Shown here piece after piece: positions 50,338 through 61,405 of a stretch of 64,000 bases of DNA. A model generated the notes under the pieces. The model searched no databases. It was not told the DNA's origin and saw only the letters and a list, made by a program, of their open reading frames with translations. The stretch is taken from positions 19,690-83,689 of the forward strand of contig CAJFJY010000001.1 in NCBI GenBank assembly GCA_904384205.1, given 5' to 3'. The position numbers and the translations under genes are program-made. The stretch comes from an uncultured Clostridia bacterium (GTDB lineage: Bacteria > Bacillota > Clostridia > TANB77 > CAG-508). Position 1 is the first letter of the stretch; each line of letters begins with the position of its first letter.

Positions 50338-52695
50338 TTAGTGATTGTCTCCTGAAGAAGATTTCAAATTAACAGTAATAACAGTACCTTCTTCAACTTT
50401 GGTGTTTTTAGGTGTATTTTGAGAAATTATAGTACCAGTTCCATTTAAAGAAATATTTAAGTTTAATGCTTTTAAAGTACTAGTAGCTTGAGAAGCATTC
50501 ATACCAGTTAAATCTGGAACAGTAACAGAAGTTCTTACAGCATTATCAGCATCATATAACATTATGATAGAATTTTTCATAAGCCATGTACCAGGTTTTG
50601 GAACTTGGTCAATAACTGTTGTACTATTTTTATCATTACTTGTAGTTATTTTTGTAGTAAATCCAGCATCTTTTAATATTTTTTCTGCTTCTGTTATAGT
50701 TTTATTTCTAATATCAGGAACAGTAATCAAATCAGCATCTGAAGTTACTTCATCAGAAGGCACATTCAAATATGGTAATATTTCAGTAAGCATTTGAGAT
50801 ACAACAGGACCTGCAACTTGACCACCTTGATGTCCATTTTCCTCATTTTGAGGACCATCTAAAACTAACAATAAAACAACTCGAGTATCTTCAATTGGTG
50901 AAATAGCCACATATGATGCAACATAAGTTTGATCAACATCACCAGCTATTGGTTCTGAAGTACCAGTTTTACCTCCAATAGAGTAGCCTGAAACTTTAGC
51001 ATTACCGCCAGTACCTTTAACAACAACAGATTCCATCATTGATTTTACTGTATCTGCACTTTCTTTAGAAAGAACTTGTCTAACTTCCTCTGGTTCAACA
51101 TTTGTAACAGCACCAGTATCTGTATTTGTAACTTGTTTAACAATTCTTGGTTTCATTAATACACCATCATTAGCAACAGCAGAAATAGCTGTAATCATTT
51201 GTAAAGGTGTAATATTTAAAGTTCTTTGACCAAATGAAGCAGTAGCAAGTTCAACAGGACCAACATCCTCCAATTTGGTAAAGATAGAATTCGCTTCTCC
51301 ACTTAAATCAATTCCTGTTTTATCAAAAAGTCCAAATGCGTGATAATATTTGTATAATGTAGATGCTCCTATTCTAGCAGCAAGTTGCATAAAAGCTGGG
51401 TTACAAGAATTCATAAGAGCTTGTCTTAGTGATTGTTCACCATGAGGATTATAATGCCTCCAACAATCAATTTTCAAAGGTTTGCTAGAGCTAGAATCTT
51501 GAAAAAGTTCATATCCAATACAATTAAAATCACCTTCAACATCAGGACCAGTAATTTGTTCTTCTATTGCAACAGAAGCAGTAATTACCTTAAAAACAGA
51601 ACCAGGTTCATATAAATCTGAAATAGACTTGTTTTTCCACATAGAAAAGAGAACATTACTCTTTTCCTCAGTAGATAAAGAATCATAATTAGAAGAAACC
51701 TCTTGACTTACATAATCTGGATCATTCAAATTGTAGTCTGGATAGTTTGCCATTGCTAAAATGTCACCAGTTTGAGGATCCATAACAATACAAGAACCAC
51801 CATTTGCACATTCATTATCTATACAAGCTTGTTTAAGATATTTTTCAACAATTGATTGAACATTAAAATCAACAGTTAAAGTTAAATCACTACCATTTTC
51901 AGGAGCTATGTATGATTGCTCCGAATTTGGGATTTCTTGTTGACTACCATCTTTTGCACTAACTATTTTTCCAGGAGTACCTGTTAAAGTAGAGTCCCAA
52001 GAATATTCAATTCCATATTTTCCATCATTATCATCACCACAAAAACCTAAAACATGTGATAATAAATTATTATATGGATAGTATCTTTTAGTATCTTCAT
52101 CAATATTTATACCAACTGAAATATCATTTTCGTCCATCCATGATTTTAAAGCATCTATTTTATCCTGTTCAACCTTTTTAGCAATAGTTTCAACTTGAGA
52201 ATTGCTATTGACTTTTGCTAAAACATCATCATAATTAAGAGCAAAAATATCTGAAAGACCTTTAGCAACTTTTTCTTTTAATTCTTTAGTTTTTTGTTCG
52301 TCATCATCTTTATCTTTTATACTTTTAGGATTTATAGTGACTGTATCAACTTGAGCACTAGTAGCTAAAACTTGACCAGTACTATCATAAATATTACCTC
52401 GTTTAGGGCTAATTATTTGATTTATTGCTTGTTGATTATATGCAAGCTCCTTTAACTCACCACCTTGTACAAATTGCAAAAATCCAATTCTTACTACCAA
52501 TAATATAAAAATAATAATAATTATAATGAAAATTCTTTTGATTTTTTTCACATTAATAAAGTTTTGAGAAGAAAATTGATTATTAATAGTAACTATTTTA
52601 CTAGAATCGTCATGCGATATCGTATCATGTTTATTTCTATTGCTTTTTGTATCTTTAATGGCGTGCTTTTTATTCTTTATATCTTTATTTTTCAT
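50338..52695 (-). CDS. Class B penicillin-binding protein (SpoVD/PBP2B/FtsI-like) with two C-terminal PASTA domains
   Basis: N-terminal TM anchor, PBP dimerisation domain, transpeptidase motifs SVFK, SCN and KTGT, and two PASTA repeats in the C-terminal about 140 aa. Confidence 0.9.
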   Translation of the reverse strand: MKNKDIKNKKHAIKDTKSNRNKHDTISHDDSSKIVTINNQFSSQNFINVKKIKRIFIIIIIIFILLVVRIGFLQFVQGGELKELAYNQQAINQIISPKRGNIYDSTGQVLATSAQVDTVTINPKSIKDKDDDEQKTKELKEKVAKGLSDIFALNYDDVLAKVNSNSQVETIAKKVEQDKIDALKSWMDENDISVGINIDEDTKRYYPYNNLLSHVLGFCGDDNDGKYGIEYSWDSTLTGTPGKIVSAKDGSQQEIPNSEQSYIAPENGSDLTLTVDFNVQSIVEKYLKQACIDNECANGGSCIVMDPQTGDILAMANYPDYNLNDPDYVSQEVSSNYDSLSTEEKSNVLFSMWKNKSISDLYEPGSVFKVITASVAIEEQITGPDVEGDFNCIGYELFQDSSSSKPLKIDCWRHYNPHGEQSLRQALMNSCNPAFMQLAARIGASTLYKYYHAFGLFDKTGIDLSGEANSIFTKLEDVGPVELATASFGQRTLNITPLQMITAISAVANDGVLMKPRIVKQVTNTDTGAVTNVEPEEVRQVLSKESADTVKSMMESVVVKGTGGNAKVSGYSIGGKTGTSEPIAGDVDQTYVASYVAISPIEDTRVVLLLVLDGPQNEENGHQGGQVAGPVVSQMLTEILPYLNVPSDEVTSDADLITVPDIRNKTITEAEKILKDAGFTTKITTSNDKNSTTVIDQVPKPGTWLMKNSIIMLYDADNAVRTSVTVPDLTGMNASQATSTLKALNLNISLNGTGTIISQNTPKNTKVEEGTVITVNLKSSSGDNH

Positions 52696-52889
52696 ATATA
52701 ATCACCATTCTTTTGTTAATTTGCATCTATTTTATAATAATAAGAAGAAAAAAGCAATAAAATAAAGAAAAAATACTTGAAAAAACAAGCTGAATATGAT
52801 AAAATAGTTATGCTTTAAAAATAATTTATATTTTTAAATCTCTACTTAACGAAAAGTTAGGTTATAAAATCCAAAGGGAGGTGAAAATA

Positions 52890-53168
52890 ATGAATAAATA
52901 CGAAAGTGTTATCATTATTAATCCAAATGTAGATGAAGCAGGAATAAAAGCATTAGAAGAAAAATTTACAGGATTAATAAATGAAAATGGAAAAGTAGAA
53001 AAAGTAAATAGCATGGGAAAAAGAAAATTAGCCTATGAAATCAAAAAATTTGCTGAAGGTACATATTTAGTATTTGAATTTGAATCAAAGCCAGAAGCAA
53101 TAAAAGAACTTGAAAGAGTTTATAGAATTACAGATGATGTAATAAAATTTATAGTTGTAAAAAAATAA
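52890..53168 (+). CDS. rpsF: 30S ribosomal protein S6
   Basis: MNKYESVIIINP... Conserved rpsF-ssb-rpsR order. Start at the ATG 8 nt after GGAGG. Confidence 0.9.
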   Translation: MNKYESVIIINPNVDEAGIKALEEKFTGLINENGKVEKVNSMGKRKLAYEIKKFAEGTYLVFEFESKPEAIKELERVYRITDDVIKFIVVKK

Positions 53169-53220
53169 TTAAATAAAGAAACAGGGGCCTTTATTTAAAG
53201 CAAAGAAAGGTGATAAAAAA

Positions 53221-53649
53221 ATGAACAAAGTAATATTAATGGGAAGATTAACAAGAGACCCAGAAGTAAGATATACACAAACAAACAATACTCTAGTTGC
53301 TTCATTCAGCTTAGCTGTAAATAGAAGATTTGTAAGACAAGGAGAAGAAAGACAAGCAGACTTTTTCAATATAGTAGCATGGAGTAAATTAGGAGAATTT
53401 TGTAGCAAATACTTTAAAAAAGGTCAACAAGTAGGAATAATTGGTAGACTACAAACAAGAACTTGGGATGATGACCAAGGAGTAAAACATTATATAACAG
53501 AAGTTGTAGCAGAAGAAGCATATTTTGCAGATAGCAAAAGAGATGCTGAAGCCAATTCAAGTAGTTTTGAAAATGCTTTTGGAAATACAATGCCAGGAAG
53601 CATGGGATCAGATTTTGAAGTAACTTCAAGTGATGATTTACCATTTTAG
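53221..53649 (+). CDS. ssb: Single-stranded DNA-binding protein
   Basis: MNKVILMGRLTRDPEVRYT OB fold and C-terminal acidic tail DDLPF. Confidence 0.9.
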   Translation: MNKVILMGRLTRDPEVRYTQTNNTLVASFSLAVNRRFVRQGEERQADFFNIVAWSKLGEFCSKYFKKGQQVGIIGRLQTRTWDDDQGVKHYITEVVAEEAYFADSKRDAEANSSSFENAFGNTMPGSMGSDFEVTSSDDLPF

Positions 53650-53668
53650 CAGAGAGGGGGAAAAGTAA

Positions 53669-53950
53669 ATGTCTGACAAGAAAAATAATAAAAAGAATAA
53701 TAATAAAAATTATGATGAAGATTATAATCCAAGATTTAGAAAACAAAGAAAAAAAGTATGTGCATTATGTAGTGACAAAAACTTCAATTTAGATTATAAA
53801 AATTATGATCAAATGAAGAAATTTGTAAATGATAAAGGTAAAATATTACCAAGAAGAACAACCGGTGCATGTGCTAAACATCAAAGAGATATTACAATAG
53901 CTGTAAAAAGAGCTAGACATATTGCAATATTACCATATACACAAAATTAA
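53669..53950 (+). CDS. rpsR: 30S ribosomal protein S18
   Basis: [60 protein letters not shown]. Confidence 0.9.
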   Translation: MSDKKNNKKNNNKNYDEDYNPRFRKQRKKVCALCSDKNFNLDYKNYDQMKKFVNDKGKILPRRTTGACAKHQRDITIAVKRARHIAILPYTQN

Positions 53951-53968
53951 TTTAAATAAGGAATAAGT

Positions 53969-53994
53969 AAAACCGTTGAAAATCAACGGTTTTT
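53969..53994 (+). terminator. Rho-independent terminator (AAAACCGTTGAAAATCAACGGTTTTT)
   Basis: Direct reading. Confidence 0.75.
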
Positions 53995-54188
53995 AATATT
54001 TTGTAAATAGAAATATATAGAAGTAAAAATAAAAACTAAACACTTACAGTGATGTAGGTGTTTTTTAAGATTTTAGTAAACTTTGGAATGAAATATTTAA
54101 AATTCAAGAGTTGACAAAAATTTCTAATAATATATAATGTAAGAGGCATAATATATTTAGTACTCAAAATTAAAAAGGAGGGTAAAAT

Positions 54189-56795
54189 ATGTCTGAAAAC
54201 GAAGAACATGAAAAACATGTAAAAGAAATGATTGATAGCTTAGTAGAAAAGGCAAAAAAAGCATCAGAAGAATACCTAAAACTTAATCAAGAGCAAGTAG
54301 ACAATATAGTAAAAGCAATGTCAATGGCAGGATTAGAGCATCATATGGAACTAGCAAAAATGGCAGTAGAAGAAACAAAAAGAGGAATATACGAAGATAA
54401 AATCACTAAAAATATGTTTGCAACAGAATATATTTATCATAGTATAAAATATGAAAAAACAGTAGGAATAATAGATGAAAACGAAGAAGAAGACTATGCA
54501 GAAATAGCAGAACCAGTAGGAATAATAGCAGGAGTAACACCTGTAACAAACCCAACATCAACAACAATGTTTAAATCAATAATATCTGCAAAAACCAGAA
54601 ATGTAATAATATTTGGATTCCATCCATCAGCACAAAAATGTAGCAGTAAAGCAGCACAAATATTAAGAGATGCAGCAATAAAAGCAGGAGCACCAGAAAA
54701 TTGCATATTATGGATAGAAGAACCATCAATAGAAGCAACAAGAGCATTAATGAATCATCCAGATGTAAACTTAATACTAGCAACAGGGGGAACAGGAATG
54801 GTAAGATCTGCATACTCATGTGGTAAACCAGCATTAGGAGTAGGACCTGGAAATGTGCCTTGTTACATTGACAAAACAGCAAAACTAAAAACATCAGTAA
54901 ATGATTTAGTAATGTCAAAATCATTTGACAATGGAATGATATGTGCATCTGAGCAAGCAGTTTTAGTAGATGACGAAATAGTAGAAGAATTTGAAAAGCT
55001 AATGAAAGAAGCAGGATGCTATTTTGTAAATGAAGAAGAAAAGCAAAAATTAGCAAATAACATGTTCGAATATACAGATGAATATGGATATAAATTAAAA
55101 TCAAATATACCTGGACAATATCCATATGATATAGCAAAAAATGCAGGATTTGAAATACCAAAAGATACAAAAGTAATTGTAGTTCCAGAAACAGGAATAG
55201 GAAGGGATTATCCATTCTCAAAAGAAAAATTAAGTCCAGTTTTAACATATTATATTGTAAAAGATGCAGATGAAGGAATAACAAAATCAGAACAATTAAT
55301 AGAATTTGGAGGATTAGGCCATTCAGCAGTAATACACTCTGAGAACCAAGATGATATATTAAAATTTTCTGAAACTGTAAAAGCAGGAAGAATAATAGTA
55401 AATTCACCATCAACACATGGAGCAATAGGTGATATATATAATACAAATATGCCATCACTTACACTTGGTTGTGGTTCATTTGGAGGAAATTCAACAACAG
55501 CAAATGTATCATCAGTTAATTTAATAAATATAAAAAGAGTTGCAAAAAGGAGGGTAAATATGCAGTGGTTTAAAATTCCAGAAAAAATATATTTTGAAGC
55601 AGGTTCAATACAATACCTAGAGAAAATGCCAGATATAGAAAGAGCATTTATAGTAACAGATGAAGGAATGGTAAAATTAGGATATGTAGATAAAATCCTA
55701 TATCATTTAAGAAATAGAAGACAATATGTACATTCAGAAATATTTAGCGCAGTAGAATCAGACCCATCATTTGATACAATAATGAAGGGTGTAGAAGCAA
55801 TGAAAAGCTTTAATCCAGATGTAATAATAGCAATTGGTGGAGGAAGCCCAATAGATGCAGCAAAAGGAATGTGGCTTTTATATGAACATCCAGATGCAGA
55901 TTTAGAAGGTTTAAAACTTAAATTTATGGATATAAGAAAAAGAACATATAAATTTCCAAAACTAGGACAAAAATGTAAAATGGTAGCAATACCAACAACA
56001 TCAGGAACAGGTTCAGAAGTAACATCATTTGCAGTAATAACAGATAAAGAAAAAAATAAAAAATATCCATTAGCAGATTATGAATTAACACCAGATGTTG
56101 CAATAGTAGACCCAGATTTAGTAATGAGTCTACCAAAATCAGTTACAGCAGATACAGGAATGGATGTATTAACACATGCATTAGAAGCATATGTATCAAA
56201 TATGGCATCAGATTATACAGATGGACTAGCAGAAAAGGCAGTAGAATTAGTATTTAAATATTTAAAAGAAGCATATGATGATGGAACTAACAAGCAAGCT
56301 AGAGAAAAAATGCATAATGCAAGTACAATAGCAGGAATGGCATTTACAAACGCATTTTTAGGAGTATGTCATTCAATGGCACATAAAATAGGTGCAGAAT
56401 TTCATTTACCACATGGCAAAATAAATGCAATATTACTACCATATGTTGTAAGATATAACAGTTCTATGCCAACAAAATTTGTATCATTCCCAAAATATGA
56501 ATACTATATAGCAGACGAAAAATATTATACAATGGCAAAGAAAGTAGGATTAAAGGCAGATAGTAAAGAAGAAGGAATAAAAAGTTTAATAGAAAAAATA
56601 AAAGAAATGAATGAACATTTAAATATTCCAAAATCATTTAAAGATGCAGGAATAGATGAACAAGAATTTTTAGCTAAGGTAGATATGTTAGCAGATAGGG
56701 CTTTTGAGGATCAATGTACAACTGCTAATCCTAGGGTACCATTAGTAGAAGAGATTAAGCAGATTATGTTGGATAGCTACTATGGAAATTGGTAA
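54189..56795 (+). CDS. adhE: Bifunctional aldehyde/alcohol dehydrogenase
   Basis: N-terminal ALDH domain (catalytic Cys in GMICASEQ), linker, and C-terminal Fe-ADH domain ([10 protein letters not shown], iron-binding His residues). 868 aa. Confidence 0.95.
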   Translation: MSENEEHEKHVKEMIDSLVEKAKKASEEYLKLNQEQVDNIVKAMSMAGLEHHMELAKMAVEETKRGIYEDKITKNMFATEYIYHSIKYEKTVGIIDENEEEDYAEIAEPVGIIAGVTPVTNPTSTTMFKSIISAKTRNVIIFGFHPSAQKCSSKAAQILRDAAIKAGAPENCILWIEEPSIEATRALMNHPDVNLILATGGTGMVRSAYSCGKPALGVGPGNVPCYIDKTAKLKTSVNDLVMSKSFDNGMICASEQAVLVDDEIVEEFEKLMKEAGCYFVNEEEKQKLANNMFEYTDEYGYKLKSNIPGQYPYDIAKNAGFEIPKDTKVIVVPETGIGRDYPFSKEKLSPVLTYYIVKDADEGITKSEQLIEFGGLGHSAVIHSENQDDILKFSETVKAGRIIVNSPSTHGAIGDIYNTNMPSLTLGCGSFGGNSTTANVSSVNLINIKRVAKRRVNMQWFKIPEKIYFEAGSIQYLEKMPDIERAFIVTDEGMVKLGYVDKILYHLRNRRQYVHSEIFSAVESDPSFDTIMKGVEAMKSFNPDVIIAIGGGSPIDAAKGMWLLYEHPDADLEGLKLKFMDIRKRTYKFPKLGQKCKMVAIPTTSGTGSEVTSFAVITDKEKNKKYPLADYELTPDVAIVDPDLVMSLPKSVTADTGMDVLTHALEAYVSNMASDYTDGLAEKAVELVFKYLKEAYDDGTNKQAREKMHNASTIAGMAFTNAFLGVCHSMAHKIGAEFHLPHGKINAILLPYVVRYNSSMPTKFVSFPKYEYYIADEKYYTMAKKVGLKADSKEEGIKSLIEKIKEMNEHLNIPKSFKDAGIDEQEFLAKVDMLADRAFEDQCTTANPRVPLVEEIKQIMLDSYYGNW

Positions 56796-56914
56796 TTGGA
56801 AAATAATTACAATTTTGGCGTTGTTAAACTTCATTTGAAATTTAATCAACGTACATAAGTACGTCTCATAAATTTCAAATTTGTTTGCCTAGCCAAAATT
56901 TAATTCTTTCCCAA
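56794..56914 (+). repeat. Family G copy 1: about 120-bp nested palindrome beginning TAATTGGAAAATAATTACAATTTTGGCG...ACGTACATAAGTACGT...GCCAAAATTTAATTCTTTCCCAA, starting on the adhE TAA stop
   Basis: Inverted pairs CAATTTTGGC/GCCAAAATT and ATTTGAAATTTA/TAAATTTCAAAT, and a central ACGTAC-N4-GTACGT. Confidence 0.85.
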
Positions 56915-57071
56915 TCACGATTGGAGTAAGTAAAATTCTTTTCCAATCTGTTATAGGATAATTAATTTAAAAATACGAAAGAATTATAGTTTGGATATAT
57001 TAAGTAAGAATTACTTTGAATAATAAGTACTCTACCAAAACATAATTCTTTTTTCATAAATAGGAGGAAAA

Positions 57072-58454
57072 ATGAAAATATTTAGAAAGAAAAAAGAAGA
57101 GAAGAAGCCAGAAATAGAGCAACAAGAAGTAGTACAAGAAGTTGTAGAAAAAGCAGAAGAAGAATTTAAAACGATAAAAGAGCAAAAAGCAGATGAAGGA
57201 AATATTAGACAAAAAGCAATAGAACTCACAGCTAAAAGGATTCTGCAAATATTTAAAGATTCGCCTAGATATATGCAATATGTACAGGATATAGCAAAAA
57301 ATTTAGCGGAAGAATCAGAATTGCCAACAGAAGTTGTAGTAGAAATGATAAAGGGAACAATAGAGCAAAAAGAATTGCCAAATAGTATTGCAGAAGAAAT
57401 GGCCCAAATATTACCAGATGAAGAAATAGTAAGTGCTATTGAAAGTGATGATAATTTAAAATTAAAACATAAAGAAGTATTAGCAGCAGGAATAGGTGAT
57501 AAAGAAACAAGATTAGAAGTAGAGAAAGATATAAGAACGCAAAAGGAAATAGCAGAAGAACAAAGAACATTAAGCACATTAAAAGAATTATATGAAAATT
57601 GTGAAAATATACCTGAAAGAATATTAACAGATAAAATAAAAGGATTATCAATACAAGAAAAAACAGAATCAATACAAAAAATTTTAGATAAAATAGTAGC
57701 TAGAAAAATAGCAGATGATTATTCTAAATTTGGAAGTACAATGTTAGATACATTAAAGAATATCGTTTCTGTTGAAGATATGTATGAGTATCATATCGCA
57801 GATTTAGCACAAGAGGAATATCAAGATAAAATATCACAAGGAATACAAACTGAAAAAAGTTATAATAAAAGAGATTTTGAAGACAATTTGTTAAAACATA
57901 TGGCAGGAGATATTGCAAGAAAATTTTTTGCTACGTCAAAATACATAATACCACCATTAAAAAGATTTAGGAGTATAGAAAAAAGAGAAAAAGATTTATT
58001 CCTATCAGAAATACAAAAAGAAACAAGCAAAACATTAACAAAGATGCAAATATCAGATATAGAAGGTCAAATGCAAGGAATAATAGGAACAAATGCAGAC
58101 ATTGAAGAACTAGCAGAAAAATTATTCGAAACACCTAAAAAGAAAGCCAAAAATATAATAAATGTAGCTAAAAAAATGACAAGTGAAGATGATAGAAATT
58201 ATAATACTGTTATGTCATTGCAAGAATCAGGTTTATTAGAAACTTTAGCAAAAATGCCAAGAGAAAAAAGAGAAAAATATATAGAAGCATTCTCAAGATT
58301 TATGCAAGATAGAGAAGTAAGAAATCAACCAAAAAGAAAAGTAGAAGACAATCAAGAAAATACAATAAACCAACAACAAAATGATGGACAAGTAAAAAAT
58401 AATACTGAACGAAATCCAGAAACGCCTGATACTCACGGAGAAGAAAATAGATAA
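57072..58454 (+). CDS. Hypothetical acidic 460-aa protein (no recognisable domain), bracketed by direct copies of repeat G
   Basis: ORF with SD AGGAGGAAAAATG. Glu/Lys/Gln-rich and probably alpha-helical. Confidence 0.5.
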   Translation: MKIFRKKKEEKKPEIEQQEVVQEVVEKAEEEFKTIKEQKADEGNIRQKAIELTAKRILQIFKDSPRYMQYVQDIAKNLAEESELPTEVVVEMIKGTIEQKELPNSIAEEMAQILPDEEIVSAIESDDNLKLKHKEVLAAGIGDKETRLEVEKDIRTQKEIAEEQRTLSTLKELYENCENIPERILTDKIKGLSIQEKTESIQKILDKIVARKIADDYSKFGSTMLDTLKNIVSVEDMYEYHIADLAQEEYQDKISQGIQTEKSYNKRDFEDNLLKHMAGDIARKFFATSKYIIPPLKRFRSIEKREKDLFLSEIQKETSKTLTKMQISDIEGQMQGIIGTNADIEELAEKLFETPKKKAKNIINVAKKMTSEDDRNYNTVMSLQESGLLETLAKMPREKREKYIEAFSRFMQDREVRNQPKRKVEDNQENTINQQQNDGQVKNNTERNPETPDTHGEENR

Positions 58455-58555
58455 TTTTTCACACAAAAAACACATTAAAAGTAAATTTTCATAACAATAA
58501 ATAATTATGATATGCATATACTTAAGATAGAAATGAATAAGGAGTGTATGCATAG

Positions 58556-58675
58556 TTGAAAAATAATTACAATTTTGGCGTCGTCAAACTTCATTTGGAA
58601 TTTAATCAACGTACACACGTACGCCTCATAAATTCCAAACTCGTTTTCCTTGCCAAAATTTAATTCTTTTCCAAC
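58556..58675 (+). repeat. Family G copy 2 (same orientation as copy 1, about 90 % identical)
   Basis: TTGAAAAATAATTACAATTTTGGCGTCGTCAAACTTCATTTGGAATTTAATCAACGTACACACGTACGCCTCATAAATTCCAAAC...GCCAAAATTTAATTCTTTTCCAA. Confidence 0.85.
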
Positions 58676-58710
58676 ATGTTCTGAACTTCATGGAAGGAAT
58701 GATAATATAT

Positions 58711-59373
58711 ATGAAAAAGAAAAAACCAAAAGAAAATCAATTATTAAAAATAGAAAATTTTTTAGCAGTTGATCAAAATTTAGACTTTAATAGTAAGACC
58801 TTCAACAAAATAATGTTTATATATTCTGTGGGAATAAAGGAATTAAAAAATAAATTAGAAATAGCAAAAGATGAATTTGAAATATTTTATGACTATAATT
58901 TAATTGACCATATAAATACAAGAATAAAAAAACCAGAAAGTATCAAAGAAAAAATGGAGAATAAAGACCTAAATTTTACATATAAAGAAATGATAGAAAA
59001 TGTAAATGATATTGCAGGAGTAAGAGTAATATGCCCATTAAAAAAGGACATCTTTTCTGTAAGAAATCTAGTTGAAAAAATGGATAATATTGAAATAATA
59101 AAAGAAAAAGACTATGTAACAAATCCAAAAAAGAGTGGCTATTCAAGTTATCATATGGTGTTAGAAGTTCCAATAATATTGTCACAAAAAACAATGTATG
59201 TAAAAGTTGAATTGCAAATAAGAACAATGGCAATGGACTTTTGGGCAAGCTTAGAACACAATATGAAATATAAACCAAAAAATGAACTTACAAAAGCACA
59301 ATCAAAAGAATTAGTAAATTATGCCAAAATAATAAATAAGTTGGACAATAAGATGACATTAATAGGGACGTAA
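58711..59373 (+). CDS. Small alarmone synthetase (RelA/SpoT-domain (p)ppGpp synthetase, RelQ/RelP-like)
   Basis: Synthetase-domain blocks IAGVRVICP, SGYSSYHMVLEV and VELQIRTMAMDFWASLEH. No hydrolase or TGS domains. The last codons (IGT-TAA) lie inside repeat B3. Confidence 0.8.
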   Translation: MKKKKPKENQLLKIENFLAVDQNLDFNSKTFNKIMFIYSVGIKELKNKLEIAKDEFEIFYDYNLIDHINTRIKKPESIKEKMENKDLNFTYKEMIENVNDIAGVRVICPLKKDIFSVRNLVEKMDNIEIIKEKDYVTNPKKSGYSSYHMVLEVPIILSQKTMYVKVELQIRTMAMDFWASLEHNMKYKPKNELTKAQSKELVNYAKIINKLDNKMTLIGT

Positions 59374-59408
59374 CAAATTGGACAAAATTTGGACAAAAGG
59401 GACAGACC
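59363..59408 (+). repeat. Repeat family B copy 3, single arm (ATAGGGACGTAACAAATTGGACAAAATTTGGACAAAAGGGACAGACC)
   Basis: Matches the B1 arm. Overlaps the relQ-like stop. Confidence 0.8.
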
Positions 59409-59589
59409 TATTTAATAATATAAATTAATATAAAAATAAAATAAATCTCAGAAAAATAAATCTGGGATTTTTTTGATGTATTATGAAAAAATTATAAATA
59501 AAAATCTATAAAGAAGGATTTATGTAAAATATGTAGAATAATATAATTATGAGTAAAAAACAGAAATAATTTGGAGGAAAGTGAGGAAA

Positions 59590-61368
59590 ATGGCAAGATA
59601 TAGTGATGAATTAATAGAAGAAATAAGAAACACAAATGACATCGTAGACGTAATATCACAATATGTTCATCTAAAAAGAAGCGGAAGAAACTTCTTTGGA
59701 CTATGCCCATTTCATAACGAAAAATCACCATCATTTTCCGTTTCACCAGATAAGCAAATATTTCATTGTTTTGGTTGTGGAGTAGGAGGAAATGTATATA
59801 CATTCTTAATGAAAATAGAAGGCATAAACTTTGTAGAAGCAGTACAAATGTTAGCAGAAAGAGCAAATATACAATTGCCTACACTAGAAAATGGAGCAGA
59901 TACAGTACGAGAGCAATTAAAAGCAAAAGTATATAAAGTAAATGAATTCACAGCAGAATATTATCATAAAAATTTATATAAACCAGAAGCAAAAGAAGCA
60001 CAAAATTATATAAAGAAAAGAATGTTAAATAACGAAACACTAGAATCATTCAAAATAGGATTTTCAGGAAAATTTGACGAACTATATAGAGAGCTAAAAA
60101 AGCAAGGATTTGGAGAGCAAGAAATACTAGAATCAGGACTAGTCAATAAAAACGAAAGAGGGCAATACATAGATAGATACAGAAATAGATTAATGTTCCC
60201 TATATGTGATGTAAGAGGAAGAGTAATAGCCTTTGGAGGAAGAGTATTAGACGATTCAAAACCAAAATACATAAACTCACCTGAAAATGTAGTATATAGT
60301 AAAGGAAGGCATTTATTTGGATTAAATGTTGCAAAAAAATATGATATAAAGAAAAGACTATTAATAGTAGAAGGATATATGGATGTTATATCATTACATC
60401 AAAGAGGAATACACAATGTAGTAGCATCACTCGGAACAGCATTAACACAGCAACAAGGATATCTATTAAGAAATAGTACAGAGCAAATTGTACTAAGCTA
60501 TGATTCAGATGAAGCAGGACAAGCAGCCAAAGTAAGAGCAATGGAAATATTGCAAAATATGGGTTGTGATATAAGAGTATTGCAAATGGAAGGAGCAAAA
60601 GACCCAGATGAATATGTAATAAAATATGGAAATGCAAGATTCACAAATCTAGTAGACAAAGCAATCTCGGTAGTAGAATTTAAAATCAAAATATTAAAAA
60701 AAGACTTGAATTTGGATAATGTAAATGACAAAATAAAATTTTTAAATGAAATAGCAAAGATAATAGCACAAATAGATAACACAATGGAAAGAGAAGTATA
60801 TATTGAAAAAATTGCAAAAGAATATAACATCTCAAAAGAAGCAATATATGCAGAGGTAAACAAACTAACATACACAAAATCAAAAGACATAAAAGTATTA
60901 GAAAAGCCAAAACCAGTAATTGTACACAAACAAGAAAAAATTGTTCCAGAAAACATAAGGAAAAGGGAAAACACAATATTATCAATATTATTATCAGGAA
61001 ATTTAAATTTATATCAGCTTATTAAACAAAACATAAAAATAGAAGATATAAAAGACGAATTAAATAAAAAAATTATGACAAAGTTGTATGAAGAATTTGA
61101 AAAAGGAAATAGTAATATTAATGGAATATTAAATGAATTAAGCCAAGAAGAACAAAATCATATAACAGAAATAATATCCGTAGATAATGGAATTGATGAT
61201 GTAGAGAAAGCATTAGATGATATACTTCAAAGTTATGAAAAAGATAAGCTAAATGAAAGAAAAATGGAAATTTTAGAAACATTAGAAAATGGTACAGATG
61301 AAACGCAAAAAAAGGAATTGGAAAAAGAATTAAGCAATATAATTATAAAGTTGGCTAAAATAAGATAG
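59590..61368 (+). CDS. dnaG: DNA primase
   Basis: Zn-ribbon CPFHNEKSPSFSVSPDKQIFHCFGCG, Toprim (EGYMDVISL...YDSDEAGQ) and a C-terminal helicase-interaction domain. Start at MARYSDE. Confidence 0.9.
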   Translation: MARYSDELIEEIRNTNDIVDVISQYVHLKRSGRNFFGLCPFHNEKSPSFSVSPDKQIFHCFGCGVGGNVYTFLMKIEGINFVEAVQMLAERANIQLPTLENGADTVREQLKAKVYKVNEFTAEYYHKNLYKPEAKEAQNYIKKRMLNNETLESFKIGFSGKFDELYRELKKQGFGEQEILESGLVNKNERGQYIDRYRNRLMFPICDVRGRVIAFGGRVLDDSKPKYINSPENVVYSKGRHLFGLNVAKKYDIKKRLLIVEGYMDVISLHQRGIHNVVASLGTALTQQQGYLLRNSTEQIVLSYDSDEAGQAAKVRAMEILQNMGCDIRVLQMEGAKDPDEYVIKYGNARFTNLVDKAISVVEFKIKILKKDLNLDNVNDKIKFLNEIAKIIAQIDNTMEREVYIEKIAKEYNISKEAIYAEVNKLTYTKSKDIKVLEKPKPVIVHKQEKIVPENIRKRENTILSILLSGNLNLYQLIKQNIKIEDIKDELNKKIMTKLYEEFEKGNSNINGILNELSQEEQNHITEIISVDNGIDDVEKALDDILQSYEKDKLNERKMEILETLENGTDETQKKELEKELSNIIIKLAKIR

Positions 61369-61405
61369 GGAAAATCCCCATATAAGGAAGGAATGATAAA
61401 AGGAT

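Noticed and set aside
54571-55458. 295-aa ORF antisense to adhE, and many similar 60-260 aa minus- or plus-strand ORFs inside leuS, mfd, smc, the P-type ATPase, the glucan synthase and others
   Set aside because: They lie entirely within strongly supported genes on the opposite strand or in an alternative frame, and are Leu/Ile/Phe-rich low-complexity translations typical of AT-rich antisense sequence. There is no SD and no domain.
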